A stretch of DNA of 64,000 nucleotides from Convolutriloba macropyga (Eukaryota). The translations under genes were made by a program, and so were the position numbers. This document shows, in pieces, positions 47,572 through 58,800 of the stretch. Below the pieces are notes generated by a model. It did no database searches, was not told the DNA's origin, and was given only the letters and a program-made list of their open reading frames with translations. The stretch spans positions 1 through 64,000 of the forward strand of contig NW_027450122.1 in assembly GCF_964194025.1 (NCBI RefSeq). Reading direction: 5' to 3'. The stretch's first letter is position 1; each line of letters opens with the position of its first letter.

Positions 47572-47935
47572 TTGATCTATGCTACAGTAATCACACTTAG
47601 TACGAGAGGAACCGTGTGTTCAAGCCTCTGGTGTCAACGTCTGACTGAAAAGTCGGGTGTGAAGCTACGCTTGTTGGATTATGACTGAACGCCTCTAAGT
47701 CAGGACCCATACTGTGTGAGCATAGATTATGACTCTATCTGCACCTTGCAATCAACTCATACTTTTGAGTTCTTCACTAGCCAACAAGCACCGTAACATA
47801 CTTCGGAGCGTACGGCAAATGGTGTCAGATAGTAAGTCGACCCCCCATAGATGATGGGTATGCCTGGGCATGCTGTAAGTAACCGAGTGGCTTACGCTAC
47901 GAGGTGCTGAGGCATTGTCCGCAGGTGGGGGTTGG
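47572..47935 (+). rRNA. Large-subunit (28S) rRNA domain VI only (H94-H101, with sarcin-ricin loop)
   Basis: SRL AGTACGAGAGGAAC at 47599-47612 closed by CACAC/GTGTG; GAAGCTAC; GGATTATGACTGAACGCCTCTAAGTCAG (47676-47703); H94 pairing tgatctatgct-acagta with tactgt..agcatagatta; H100/101-like atagatga...tgtaagtaaccgagtggcttacgctacgaggtgctgag. Confidence 0.93.
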
Positions 47936-47989
47936 GTGTCCTTACCCAAATCCCCTAGTGTCTCCGCCCTCTGGGTTGGAGATGCTAAA

Positions 47990-48557
47990 CGGTGGTGCAT
48001 GATATAGATATTGCTAGCCTTCGGGTTGGTGATATAGATAGACTAGAAGATAGTCTCTCGGTGGTGCATGATATAAATATTGCTAGCCTTCGGGTTGGTG
48101 ATATAGATAGACTAGAAGATAGTCTCTCGGTGGTGCATGATATAAATATTGCTAGCCTTCGGGCTGGTGATATAGATAGACTAGAAGATAGTCTCTCGGT
48201 GGTGCATGATATAAATATTGCTAGCCTTCGGGTTGGTGATATAGATAGACTAGAAGATAGTCTCTCGGTGGTGCATGATATAAATATTGCTAGCCTTCGG
48301 GCTGGTGATATAGATAGACTAGAAGATAGTCTCTCGGTGGTGCATGATATAAATATTGCTAGCCTTCGGGCTGGTGATATAGATAGACTAGAAGATAGTC
48401 TCTCGGTGGTGCATGATGTAAATATTGCTAGCCTTCGGGCTGGTGATATAGATAGACTAGAAGATAGTCTCTCGGTGGTGCATGATATAAATATTGCTAG
48501 CCTTCGGGCTGGTGGTATAGATAGACTAGAAGATAGTCTCTCGGTGGTGCATGATAT
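47990..48557 (+). repeat. 69-bp tandem repeat, ~8.2 copies, each with a cUUCGg hairpin (3' ETS/terminator-like)
   Basis: ggtggtgcatgatataaatattgctagccttcggg(t/c)tggtgatatagatagactagaagatagtctctc. Confidence 0.95.
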
Positions 48558-48656
48558 GGACCTCGCTACTCATTTGAGTTAGGAAGAAGGAAGATCAAAA
48601 TTCTGCAGAGAGTTTTATTCTATGTTGATCTATGCTGTGCGAAACCATGTCTACTG

Positions 48657-48737
48657 CCTTGCAATCAACTCATACTTTTGAGTTCTTCTCTAGCCAATAA
48701 GCACCGTAACATAATTCGGAGTGTACGGCAAACGGTG
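48657..48737 (+). repeat. 81-bp direct copy of 47744-47824 (LSU expansion-segment region)
   Basis: ccttgcaatcaactcatacttttgagttcttc...ggcaaa(t/c)ggtg; ungapped, 5 mismatches by eye. Confidence 0.9.
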
Positions 48738-48922
48738 GTTGACATTTGGTGAAAATTCCAGTGTCGTGTTACGGCACTGGGAAAGAACTTGAACTTGTGC
48801 TCAGGCAACCAAGCAGCCAAGGTTGTGCGGTGTCTTGCTACAAATGTTCGGTTGTGTTCTAAATTAGCTGAAGTAAGCTGAAGCATCGCTTTGCTGTCTG
48901 AAAGTGTTGCCTCGTCATCTAT

Positions 48923-49865
48923 GCGCTCCCAAATGGCCTAACACTGGCAGCCAATCAGAGTGCGAGAAAAGCGCTCCCAAATGGCCTAACACTGGCAGCC
49001 AATCAGAGTGCGAGAAAAGCGCTCCCAAATGGCCTAACACTGGCAGCCAATCAGAGTGCGAGAAAAGCGCTCCCAAATGGCCTAACAGTGGCAGCCAATC
49101 AGAGTGCGAGAAAAGCGCTCCCAAATGGCCTAACAGTGGCAGCCAATCAGAGTGCGAGAAAAGCGCTCCCAAATGGCCTAACAGTGGCAGCCAATCAGAG
49201 TGCGAGAAAAGCGCTCCCAAATGGCCTAACAGTGGCAGCCAATCAGAGTGCGAGAAAAGCGCTCCCAAATGGCCTAACAGTGGCAGCCAATCAGAGTGCG
49301 AGAAAAGCGCTCCCAAATGGCCTAACAGTGGCAGCCAATCAGAGTGCGAGAAAAGCGCTCCCAAATGGCCTAACAGTGGCAGCCAATCAGAGTGCGAGAA
49401 AAGCGCTCCCAAATGGCCTAACAGTGGCAGCCAATCAGAGTGCGAGAAAAGCGCTCCCAAATGGCCTAACAGTGGCAGCCAATCAGAGTGCGAGAAAAGC
49501 GCTCCCAAATGGCCTAACAGTGGCAGCCAATCAGAGTGCGAGAAAAGCGCTCCCAAATGGCCTAACAGTGGCAGCCAATCAGAGTGCGAGAAAAGCGCTC
49601 CCAAATGGCCTAACAGTGGCAGCCAATCAGAGTGCGAGAAAAGCGCTCCCAAATGGCCTAACAGTGGCAGCCAATCAGAGTGCGAGAAAAGCGCTCCCAA
49701 ATGGCCTAACAGTGGCAGCCAATCAGAGTGCGAGAAAAGCGCTCCCAAATGGCCTAACAGTGGCAGCCAATCAGAGTGCGAGAAAAGCGCTCCCAAATGG
49801 CCTAACAGTGGCAGCCAATCAGAGTGCGAGAAAAGCGCTCCCAAATGGCCTAACAGTGGCAGCCA
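48923..49865 (+). repeat. 48-bp tandem repeat, ~19.6 copies, of the histone-promoter CCAAT module
   Basis: gcgctcccaaatggcctaacagtggcagccaatcagagtgcgagaaaa; one substitution from the histone spacer unit (aaatAgcc vs aaatGgcc). Confidence 0.98.
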
Positions 49866-52800
49866 GCTAGAGCTAGCTTAAGTTAGCTTGGGTTAGCTTG
49901 AGTTAGCTTTAATTAGCTTTAATTAGCTTAAGCTAGCTTAAGTTAGCTTGGGTTAGCTTGAGTTAGCTTGAGCTAGCTTGAGTTAGCTTGAATTAGCTTG
50001 AGTTAGCTTGAATTAGCTTGAGTTAGCTTGAGTTAGCTTGAATTAGCTTGAGTTAGCTTGAGTTAGCTCGGGTTAGCTTGAGTTTGACTTCATTAACCCA
50101 AGTTAGCTTGGGTTAACTTCATTAAGTTAGCTTGAACTAGCTTGAGTTAGCTTGAGTTAGCTTGAGTTAGCTTGAGTTAGCTTGAGTTAGCTTGTCTTAG
50201 CTTTAGCTAGCTTGAGTTAGCTTGAACTAGCTTTAGCTACCTTGAGTTAGCTTGAGTTAGCTCGGGTTAGCTTGAGTTAGCTTGAGTTAGCTTGAGTTAG
50301 CTTTAGCTAGCTTGAGTTAGCTTGAGTTAGCTTGAGTTAGCTTGAGTTAGCTTGAATTAGCTTGAGTTAGCTTGAGTTAGCTTTAGCTAGCTTGGGTTAG
50401 CTTGAGCTAGCTTGAGTTAGCTCGGGTTAGCTTGAGTTAGCTTGAGTTAGCTTTAGCTAGCTTGAGTTAGCTTGAGTTAGCTTGAGTTAGCTTGAGTTAG
50501 CTTTAGCTAGCTTGAGTTAGCTTGAACTAGCTTGAGTTAGCTTGAGCTAGCTTGAGTTAGCTTGAGTTAGCTTGAGTTAGCTTGAGTTAGCTTTAGCTAG
50601 CTTGAGTTAGCTTGAACTAGCTTTAGTTAGCTTGAGTTAGCTTGAGTTAGCTTGAGTTAGCTTGAGTTAGCTTGTCTTAGCTTTAGCTAGCTTGAGTTAG
50701 CTTGAACTAGCTTTAGCTACCTTGAGTTAGCTTGAGTTAGCTCGGGTTAGCTTGAGTTAGCTTGAGTTAGCTTGAGTTAGCTTTAGCTAGCTTGAGTTAG
50801 CTTGAGTTAGCTTGAGTTAGCTTGAACTAGCTTGAGTTAGCTTGAGTTAGCTTGAGTTAGCTTGAGTTAGCTTGAGTTAGCTTGAGTTAGCTTGTCTTAG
50901 CTTTAGCTAGCTTGAGTTAGCTTGAACTAGCTTTAGCTACCTTGAGTTAGCTTGAGTTAGCTCGGGTTAGCTTGAGTTAGCTTGAGTTAGCTTGAGTTAG
51001 CTTTAGCTAGCTTGAGTTAGCTTGAGTTAGCTTGAGTTAGCTTGAGTTAGCTTTAGCTAGCTTGGGTTAGCTTGAGCTAGCTTGAGTTAGCTCGGGTTAG
51101 CTTGAGTTAGCTTGAGTTAGCTTTAGCTAGCTTGAGTTAGCTTGAGTTAGCTTGAGTTAGCTTGAGTTAGCTTTAGCTAGCTTGAGTTAGCTTGAACTAG
51201 CTTGAGTTAGCTTGAGCTAGCTTGAGTTAGCTTGAGTTAGCTTGAGTTAGCTTTAGCTAGCTTGAGTTAGCTTGAACTAGCTTGAGTTAGCTTGAGTTAG
51301 CTTGAGTTAGCTTGAGTTAGCTTGAGTTAGCTTGAATTAGCTTGAGTTAGCTTGAGTTAGCTTTAGCTAGCTTGGGTTAGCTTGAGCTAGCTTGAGTTAG
51401 CTCGGGTTAGCTTGAGTTAGCTTGAGTTAGCTTTAGCTAGCTTGAGTTAGCTTGAGTTAGCTTGAGTTAGCTTGAGTTAGCTTTAGCTAGCTTGAGTTAG
51501 CTTGAACTAGCTTGAGTTAGCTTGAGCTAGCTTGAGTTAGCTTGAGTTAGCTTGAGTTAGCTTGAGTTAGCTTTAGCTAGCTTGAGTTAGCTTGAACTAG
51601 CTTTAGTTAGCTTGAGTTAGCTTGAGTTAGCTTGAGTTAGCTTGAGTTAGCTTGTCTTAGCTTTAGCTAGCTTGAGTTAGCTTGAACTAGCTTTAGCTAC
51701 CTTGAGTTAGCTTGAGTTAGCTCGGGTTAGCTTGAGTTAGCTTGAGTTAGCTTGAGTTAGCTTTAGCTAGCTTGAGTTAGCTTGAGTTAGCTTGAGTTAG
51801 CTTGAACTAGCTTGAGTTAGCTTGAGTTAGCTTGAGTTAGCTTGAGTTAGCTTGAGTTAGCTTGAGTTAGCTTGTCTTAGCTTTAGCTAGCTTGAGTTAG
51901 CTTGAACTAGCTTTAGCTACCTTGAGTTAGCTTGAGTTAGCTCGGGTTAGCTTGAGTTAGCTTGAGTTAGCTTGAGTTAGCTTTAGCTAGCTTGAGTTAG
52001 CTTGAGTTAGCTTGAGTTAGCTTGAGTTAGCTTTAGCTAGCTTGGGTTAGCTTGAGCTAGCTTGAGTTAGCTCGGGTTAGCTTGAGTTAGCTTGAGTTAG
52101 CTTTAGCTAGCTTGAGTTAGCTTGAGTTAGCTTGAGTTAGCTTGAGTTAGCTTTAGCTAGCTTGAGTTAGCTTGAACTAGCTTGAGTTAGCTTGAGCTAG
52201 CTTGAGTTAGCTTGAGTTAGCTTGAGTTAGCTTTAGCTAGCTTGAGTTAGCTTGAACTAGCTTGAGTTAGCTTGAGTTAGCTTGAGTTAGCTTGTCTTAG
52301 CTTTAGCTAGCTTGAGCTAGCTTGAACTAGCTTTAGCTACCTTGAGTTAGCTTGAGTTAGCTCGGGTTAGCTTGAGTTAGCTTGAGTTAGCTTGAGTTAG
52401 CTTTAGCTAGCTTGAGTTAGCTTGAGTTAGCTTGAGTTAGCTTGAACTAGCTTGAGTTAGCTTGAGTTAGCTTGAGTTAGCTTTAGCTAGCTTGGGTTAG
52501 CTTGAGCTAGCTTGAGTTAGCTCGGGTTAGCTTGAGTTAGCTTGAGTTAGCTTTAGCTAGCTTGAGTTAGCTTGAGTTAGCTTGAGTTAGCTTGAGTTAG
52601 CTTTAGCTAGCTTGAGTTAGCTTGAACTAGCTTGAGTTAGCTTGAGCTAGCTTGAGTTAGCTTGAGTTAGCTTGAGTTAGCTTTAGCTAGCTTGAGTTAG
52701 CTTGAACTAGCTTGAGTTAGCTTGAGTTAGCTTGAGTTAGCTTGTCTTAGCTTTAGCTAGCTTGAGCTAGCTTGAACTAGCTTTAGCTACCTTGAGTTAG

Positions 52801-55800
52801 CTTGAGTTAGCTCGGGTTAGCTTGAGTTAGCTTGAGTTAGCTTGAGTTAGCTTTAGCTAGCTTGAGTTAGCTTGAGTTAGCTTGAGTTAGCTTGAACTAG
52901 CTTGAGTTAGCTTGAGTTAGCTTGAGTTAGCTTGAGTTAGCTTGAGTTAGCTTGTCTTAGCTTTAGCTAGCTTGAGTTAGCTTGAACTAGCTTTAGCTAC
53001 CTTGAGTTACCTTGAGTTAGCTCGGGTTAGCTTGAGTTAGCTTGAGTTAGCTTGAGTTAGCTTTAGCTAGCTTGAGTTAGCTTGAGTTAGCTTGAGTTAG
53101 CTTGAGTTAGCTTGAATTAGCTTGAGTTAGCTTGAGTTAGCTTTAGCTAGCTTGGGTTAGCTTGAGCTAGCTTGAGTTAGCTCGGGTTAGCTTGAGTTAG
53201 CTTGAGTTAGCTTTAGCTAGCTTGAGTTAGCTTGAGTTAGCTTGAGTTAGCTTGAGTTAGCTTTAGCTAGCTTGAGTTAGCTTGAACTAGCTTGAGTTAG
53301 CTTGAGCTAGCTTGAGTTAGCTTGAGTTAGCTTGAGTTAGCTTTAGCTAGCTTGAGTTAGCTTGAACTAGCTTGAGTTAGCTTGAGCTAGCTTGAGTTAG
53401 CTTGAGTTAGCTTGAGTTAGCTTTAGCTAGCTTGAGTTAGCTTGAACTAGCTTGAGTTAGCTTGAGTTAGCTTGAGTTAGCTTGAGTTAGCTTGTCTTAG
53501 CTTTAGCTAGCTTGAGCTAGCTTGAACTAGCTTTAGCTACCTTGAGTTAGCTTGAGTTAGCTCGGGTTAGCTTGAGTTAGCTTGAGTTAGCTTGAGTTAG
53601 CTTGAGCTAGCTTGAGTTAGCTTGAGTTAGCTTGAGTTAGCTTTAGCTAGCTTGAGTTAGCTTGAACTAGCTTGAGTTAGCTTGAGCTAGCTTGAGTTAG
53701 CTTGAGTTAGCTTGAGTTAGCTTTAGCTAGCTTGAGTTAGCTTGAACTAGCTTGAGTTAGCTTGAGTTAGCTTGAGTTAGCTTGAGTTAGCTTGTCTTAG
53801 CTTTAGCTAGCTTGAGCTAGCTTGAACTAGCTTTAGCTACCTTGAGTTAGCTTGAGTTAGCTCGGGTTAGCTTGAGTTAGCTTGAGTTAGCTTGAGTTAG
53901 CTTTAGCTAGCTTGAGTTAGCTTGAGTTAGCTTGAGTTAGCTTGAACTAGCTTGAGTTAGCTTGAGTTAGCTTGAGTTAGCTTGAGTTAGCTTGAGTTAG
54001 CTTGAGTTAGCTTGTCTTAGCTTTAGCTAGCTTGAGTTAGCTTGAACTAGCTTTAGCTACCTTGAGTTAGCTTGAGTTAGCTCGGGTTAGCTTGAGTTAG
54101 CTTGAGTTAGCTTGAGTTAGCTTTAGCTAGCTTGAGTTAGCTTGAGTTAGCTTGAGTTAGCTTGAGTTAGCTTGAATTAGCTTGAGTTAGCTTGAGTTAG
54201 CTTTAGCTAGCTTGGGTTAGCTTGAGCTAGCTTGAGTTAGCTCGGGTTAGCTTGAGTTAGCTTGAGTTAGCTTTAGCTAGCTTGAGTTAGCTTGAGTTAG
54301 CTTGAGTTAGCTTGAGTTAGCTTTAGCTAGCTTGAGTTAGCTTGAACTAGCTTGAGTTAGCTTGAGCTAGCTTGAGTTAGCTTGAGTTAGCTTGAGTTAG
54401 CTTTAGCTAGCTTGAGTTAGCTTGAACTAGCTTTAGTTAGCTTGAGTTAGCTTGAGTTAGCTTGAGTTAGCTTGAGTTAGCTTGTCTTAGCTTTAGCTAG
54501 CTTGAGTTAGCTTGAACTAGCTTTAGATACCTTGAGTTAGCTTGAGTTAGCTCGGGTTAGCTTGAGTTAGCTTGAGTTAGCTTGAGTTAGCTTTAGCTAG
54601 CTTGAGTTAGCTTGAGTTAGCTTGAGTTAGCTTGAGTTAGCTTGAATTAGCTTGAGTTAGCTTGAGTTAGCTTTAGCTAGCTTGGGTTAGCTTGAGCTAG
54701 CTTGAGTTAGCTCGGGTTAGCTTGAGTTAGCTTGAGTTAGCTTTAGCTAGCTTGAGTTAGCTTGAGTTAGCTTGAGTTAGCTTGAGTTAGCTTTAGCTAG
54801 CTTGAGTTAGCTTGAACTAGCTTGAGTTAGCTTGAGCTAGCTTGAGTTAGCTTGAGTTAGCTTGAGTTAGCTTTAGCTAGCTTGAGTTAGCTTGAACTAG
54901 CTTGAGTTAGCTTGAGCTAGCTTGAGTTAGCTTGAGTTAGCTTGAGTTAGCTTTAGCTAGCTTGAGTTAGCTTGAACTAGCTTGAGTTAGCTTGAGTTAG
55001 CTTGAGTTAGCTTGAGTTAGCTTGTCTTAGCTTTAGCTAGCTTGAGCTAGCTTGAACTAGCTTTAGCTACCTTGAGTTAGCTTGAGTTAGCTCGGGTTAG
55101 CTTGAGTTAGCTTGAGTTAGCTTGAGTTAGCTTTAGCTAGCTTGAGTTAGCTTGAGTTAGCTTGAGTTAGCTTGAACTAGCTTGAGTTAGCTTGAGTTAG
55201 CTTGAGTTAGCTTGAGTTAGCTTGAGTTAGCTTGAGTTAGCTTGTCTTAGCTTTAGCTAGCTTGAGTTAGCTTGAACTAGCTTTTGCTACCTTGAGTTAG
55301 CTTGAGTTAGCTCGGGTTAGCTTGAGTTAGCTTGAGTTAGCTTGAGTTAGCTTTAGCTAGCTTGAGTTAGCTTGAGTTAGCTTGAGTTAGCTTGAGTTAG
55401 CTTGAATTAGCTTGAGTTAGCTTGAGTTAGCTTTAGCTAGCTTGGGTTAGCTTGAGCTAGCTTGAGTTAGCTCGGGTTAGCTTGAGTTAGCTTGAGTTAG
55501 CTTTAGCTAGCTTGAGTTAGCTTGAGTTAGCTTGAGTTAGCTTTAGCTAGCTTGAGTTAGCTTGAACTAGCTTGAGTTAGCTTGAGCTAGCTTGAGTTAG
55601 CTTGAGTTAGCTTGAGTTAGCTTTAGCTAGCTTGAGTTAGCTTGAACTAGCTTTAGTTAGCTTGAGTTAGCTTGAGTTAGCTTGAGTTAGCTTGAGTTAG
55701 CTTGTCTTAGCTTTAGCTAGCTTGAGTTAGCTTGAACTAGCTTTAGCTACCTTGAGTTAGCTTGAGTTAGCTCGGGTTAGCTTGAGTTAGCTTGAGTTAG

Positions 55801-58800
55801 CTTGAGTTAGCTTTAGCTAGCTTGAGTTAGCTTGAGTTAGCTTGAGTTAGCTTGAACTAGCTTGAGTTAGCTTGAGTTAGCTTGAGTTAGCTTGAGTTAG
55901 CTTGAGTTAGCTTGAGTTAGCTTGTCTTAGCTTTAGCTAGCTTGAGTTAGCTTGAACTAGCTTTAGCTACCTTGAGTTAGCTTGAGTTAGCTCGGGTTAG
56001 CTTGAGTTAGCTTGAGTTAGCTTGAGTTAGCTTTAGCTAGCTTGAGTTAGCTTGAGTTAGCTTGAGTTAGCTTGAGTTAGCTTGAATTAGCTTGAGTTAG
56101 CTTGAGTTAGCTTTAGCTAGCTTGGGTTAGCTTGAGCTAGCTTGAGTTAGCTCGGGTTAGCTTGAGTTAGCTTGAGTTAGCTTTAGCTAGCTTGAGTTAG
56201 CTTGAGTTAGCTTGAGTTAGCTTGAGTTAGCTTTAGCTAGCTTGAGTTAGCTTGAACTAGCTTGAGTTAGCTTGAGCTAGCTTGAGTTAGCTTGAGTTAG
56301 CTTGAGTTAGCTTTGGCTAGCTTGAGTTAGCTTGAACTAGCTTGAGTTAGCTTGAGTTAGCTTGAGTTAGCTTGTCTTAGCTTTAGCTAGCTTGAGCTAG
56401 CTTGAACTAGCTTTAGCTACCTTGAGTTAGCTTGAGTTAGCTCGGGTTAGCTTGAGTTAGCTTGAGTTAGCTTGAGTTAGCTTTAGCTAGCTTGAGTTAG
56501 CTTGAGTTAGCTTGAGTTAGCTTGAACTAGCTTGAGTTAGCTTGAGTTAGCTTGAGTTAGCTTGAGTTAGCTTGAGTTAGCTTGTCTTAGCTTTAGCTAG
56601 CTTGAGTTAGCTTGAACTAGCTTTAGCTACCTTGAGTTAGCTTGAGTTAGCTCGGGTTAGCTTGAGTTAGCTTGAGTTAGCTTGAGTTAGCTTTAGCTAG
56701 CTTGAGTTAGCTTGAGTTAGCTTGAGTTAGCTTGAGTTAGCTTGAATTAGCTTGAGTTAGCTTGAGTTAGCTTTAGCTAGCTTGGGTTAGCTTGAGCTAG
56801 CTTGAGTTAGCTCGGGTTAGCTTGAGTTAGCTTGAGTTAGCTTTAGCTAGCTTGAGTTAGCTTGAGTTAGCTTGAGTTAGCTTGAGTTAGCTTTAGCTAG
56901 CTTGAGTTAGCTTGAACTAGCTTGAGTTAGCTTGAGCTAGCTTGAGTTAGCTTGAGTTAGCTTGAGTTAGCTTTAGCTAGCTTGAGTTAGCTTGAACTAG
57001 CTTGAGTTAGCTTGAGTTAGCTTGAGTTAGCTTGAGTTAGCTTGTCTTAGCTTTAGCTAGCTTGAGCTAGCTTGAACTAGCTTTAGCTACCTTGAGTTAG
57101 CTTGAGTTAGCTCGGGTTAGCTTGAGTTAGCTTGAGTTAGCTTGAGTTAGCTTTAGCTAGCTTGAGTTAGCTTGAGTTAGCTTGAGTTAGCTTGAACTAG
57201 CTTGAGTTAGCTTGAGTTAGCTTGAGTTAGCTTGAGTTAGCTTGAGTTAGCTTGTCTTAGCTTTAGCTAGCTTGAGTTAGCTTGAACTAGCTTTAGCTAC
57301 CTTGAGTTAGCTTGAGTTAGCTCGGGTTAGCTTGAGTTAGCTTGAGTTAGCTTGAGTTAGCTTTAGCTAGCTTGAGTTAGCTTGAGTTAGCTTGAGTTAG
57401 CTTGAACTAGCTTGAGTTAGCTTGAGTTAGCTTGAGTTAGCTTGAGTTAGCTTGAGTTAGCTTGAGTTAGCTTGTCTTAGCTTTAGCTAGCTTGAGTTAG
57501 CTTGAACTAGCTTTAGCTACCTTGAGTTAGCTTGAGTTAGCTCGGGTTAGCTTGAGTTAGCTTGAGTTAGCTTGAGTTAGCTTTAGCTAGCTTGAGTTAG
57601 CTTGAGTTAGCTTGAGTTAGCTTGAGTTAGCTTGAATTAGCTTGAGTTAGCTTGAGTTAGCTTTAGCTAGCTTGGGTTAGCTTGAGCTAGCTTGAGTTAG
57701 CTCGGGTTAGCTTGAGTTAGCTTGAGTTAGCTTTAGCTAGCTTGAGTTAGCTTGAGTTAGCTTGAGTTAGCTTGAGTTAGCTTTAGCTAGCTTGAGTTAG
57801 CTTGAACTAGCTTGAGTTAGCTTGAGCTAGCTTGAGTTAGCTTGAGTTAGCTTGAGTTAGCTTTAGCTAGCTTGAGTTAGCTTGAACTAGCTTGAGTTAG
57901 CTTGAGTTAGCTTGAGTTAGCTTGTCTTAGCTTTAGCTAGCTTGAGCTAGCTTGAACTAGCTTTAGCTACCTTGAGTTAGCTTGAGTTAGCTCGGGTTAG
58001 CTTGAGTTAGCTTGAGTTAGCTTGAGTTAGCTTTAGCTAGCTTGAGTTAGCTTGAGTTAGCTTGAGTTAGCTTGAACTAGCTTGAGTTAGCTTGAGTTAG
58101 CTTGAGTTAGCTTGAGTTAGCTTGAGTTAGCTTGTCTTAGCTTTAGCTAGCTTGAGTTAGCTTGAACTAGCTTTAGCTACCTTGAGTTAGCTTGAGTTAG
58201 CTCGGGTTAGCTTGAGTTAGCTTGAGTTAGCTTGAGTTAGCTTTAGCTAGCTTGAGTTAGCTTGAGTTAGCTTGAGTTAGCTTGAGTTAGCTTGAATTAG
58301 CTTGAGTTAGCTTGAGTTAGCTTTAGCTAGCTTGGGTTAGCTTGAGCTAGCTTGAGTTAGCTCGGGTTAGCTTGAGTTAGCTTGAGTTAGCTTTAGCTAG
58401 CTTGAGTTAGCTTGAGTTAGCTTGAGTTAGCTTGAGTTAGCTTTAGCTAGCTTGAGTTAGCTTGAACTAGCTTGAGTTAGCTTGAGCTAGCTTGAGTTAG
58501 CTTGAGTTAGCTTGAGTTAGCTTTAGCTAGCTTGAGTTAGCTTGAACTAGCTTGAGTTAGCTTGAGCTAGCTTGAGTTAGCTTGAGTTAGCTTGAGTTAG
58601 CTTTAGCTAGCTTGAGTTAGCTTGAACTAGCTTGAGTTAGCTTGAGTTAGCTTGAGTTAGCTTGAGTTAGCTTGTCTTAGCTTTAGCTAGCTTGAGCTAG
58701 CTTGAACTAGCTTTAGCTACCTTGAGTTAGCTTGAGTTAGCTCGGGTTAGCTTGAGTTAGCTTGAGTTAGCTTGAGTTAGCTTGAGCTAGCTTGAGTTAG

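Noticed and set aside
47992-48582. 196-aa repetitive ORF
   Set aside because: By-product of a stop-free 69-bp repeat; GTG start; RNA hairpin signal explains the sequence better
48923-49865. CRISPR array
   Set aside because: No unique spacers; eukaryotic context
48904-49881. 325-, 309- and 260-aa ORFs
   Set aside because: Open in several frames and on both strands only because the 48-bp unit lacks stops; non-ATG starts; unit is a promoter module
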